Position numbers and translations under genes: made by a program
DNA from: Daphnia carinata
Taxonomy: Eukaryota
Length of the DNA: 64,000 bases
Assembly: GCF_022539665.2 (NCBI RefSeq)
Contig: NC_081333.1
Span: 10,230,001 to 10,294,000, forward strand
Reading direction: 5' to 3'
The notes under the pieces: generated by a model
The model's database searches: none
What the model saw: only the letters and a program-made list of their open reading frames with translations
What the model was told of the DNA's origin: nothing
In this document: positions 63,495 through 64,000 of the stretch, in pieces
How the letters are laid out: each line of letters begins with the position of its first letter
Position numbering within the stretch: position 1 is the stretch's first letter

Positions 63495-64000
63495 CTTGGG
63501 TAGCAGCATTCATAAACAATCGAAAAGAAACAAAATGTTTTCCATATGTTGTATAAGTAAAAGTAAGTACAGAAAGTATTCTGAGGAGTCATCTGGGCGT
63601 TGCATAAATGCGTTTGCTAATGAATCCAGGGTGGGGCGCATCCTATATCTCTTACGATGATTTTGCCTTTTCCTTTTTTGTTTCTTTCTTCTCCATCATT
63701 CAAAAGCATCGACAAAAAAAAAGAATGAAAAGATGAGTCAGGTGATGGATCTCTCAAGAATTCCGATAGGGGAAACTTAGGTGCGCACGCTTACCTAGAA
63801 GTGAACGAATAAAGTGGAAGCCCCTACTCAATACCTTCAATTCACGGCATTATATCCCACAGAAAAAAATATGATATCTAACCCCTTTAAATGAAAACAG
63901 AATGACTAGGCCTATATGCGATTTCTTCCTTTGGTATTTTCCATCTATTATTCAAGTCTTTTCAAGTTTTCCCAATTCTTTTCCGCTTCTCACTGCGTTT

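Overview
Eukaryotic genomic DNA with compact genes and 55-100 bp GT-AG introns; an arthropod, most likely a Daphnia-like crustacean (inference from gene architecture and composition). Positions 1 to about 39.5 kb are non-coding and saturated with homopolymers and microsatellites (a long intron or regulatory desert), and no ORF there is credible. The right part is gene-dense. It holds, in order: a ~535-bp tandem repeat array (39.7-41.2 kb), an erlin gene (-), RNA polymerase III subunit RPC4/POLR3D (-), and an intronless orphan ORF (+) head-to-head with RPC4. Next come an inverted copy of the repeat, a rearranged block (RPC4 fragment / internally deleted NFS1 pseudogene / RPC4 fragment), a probable solo LTR, and a PHLDB-family gene (-, FHA-like + coiled-coil + PH) whose 5' end lies outside the window. 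The most interesting observation is that the orphan ORF is built from two tandem helical repeats, each with an R-N-x3-H motif. This suggests a single-chain double-HEPN ribonuclease inside a locally rearranged block.
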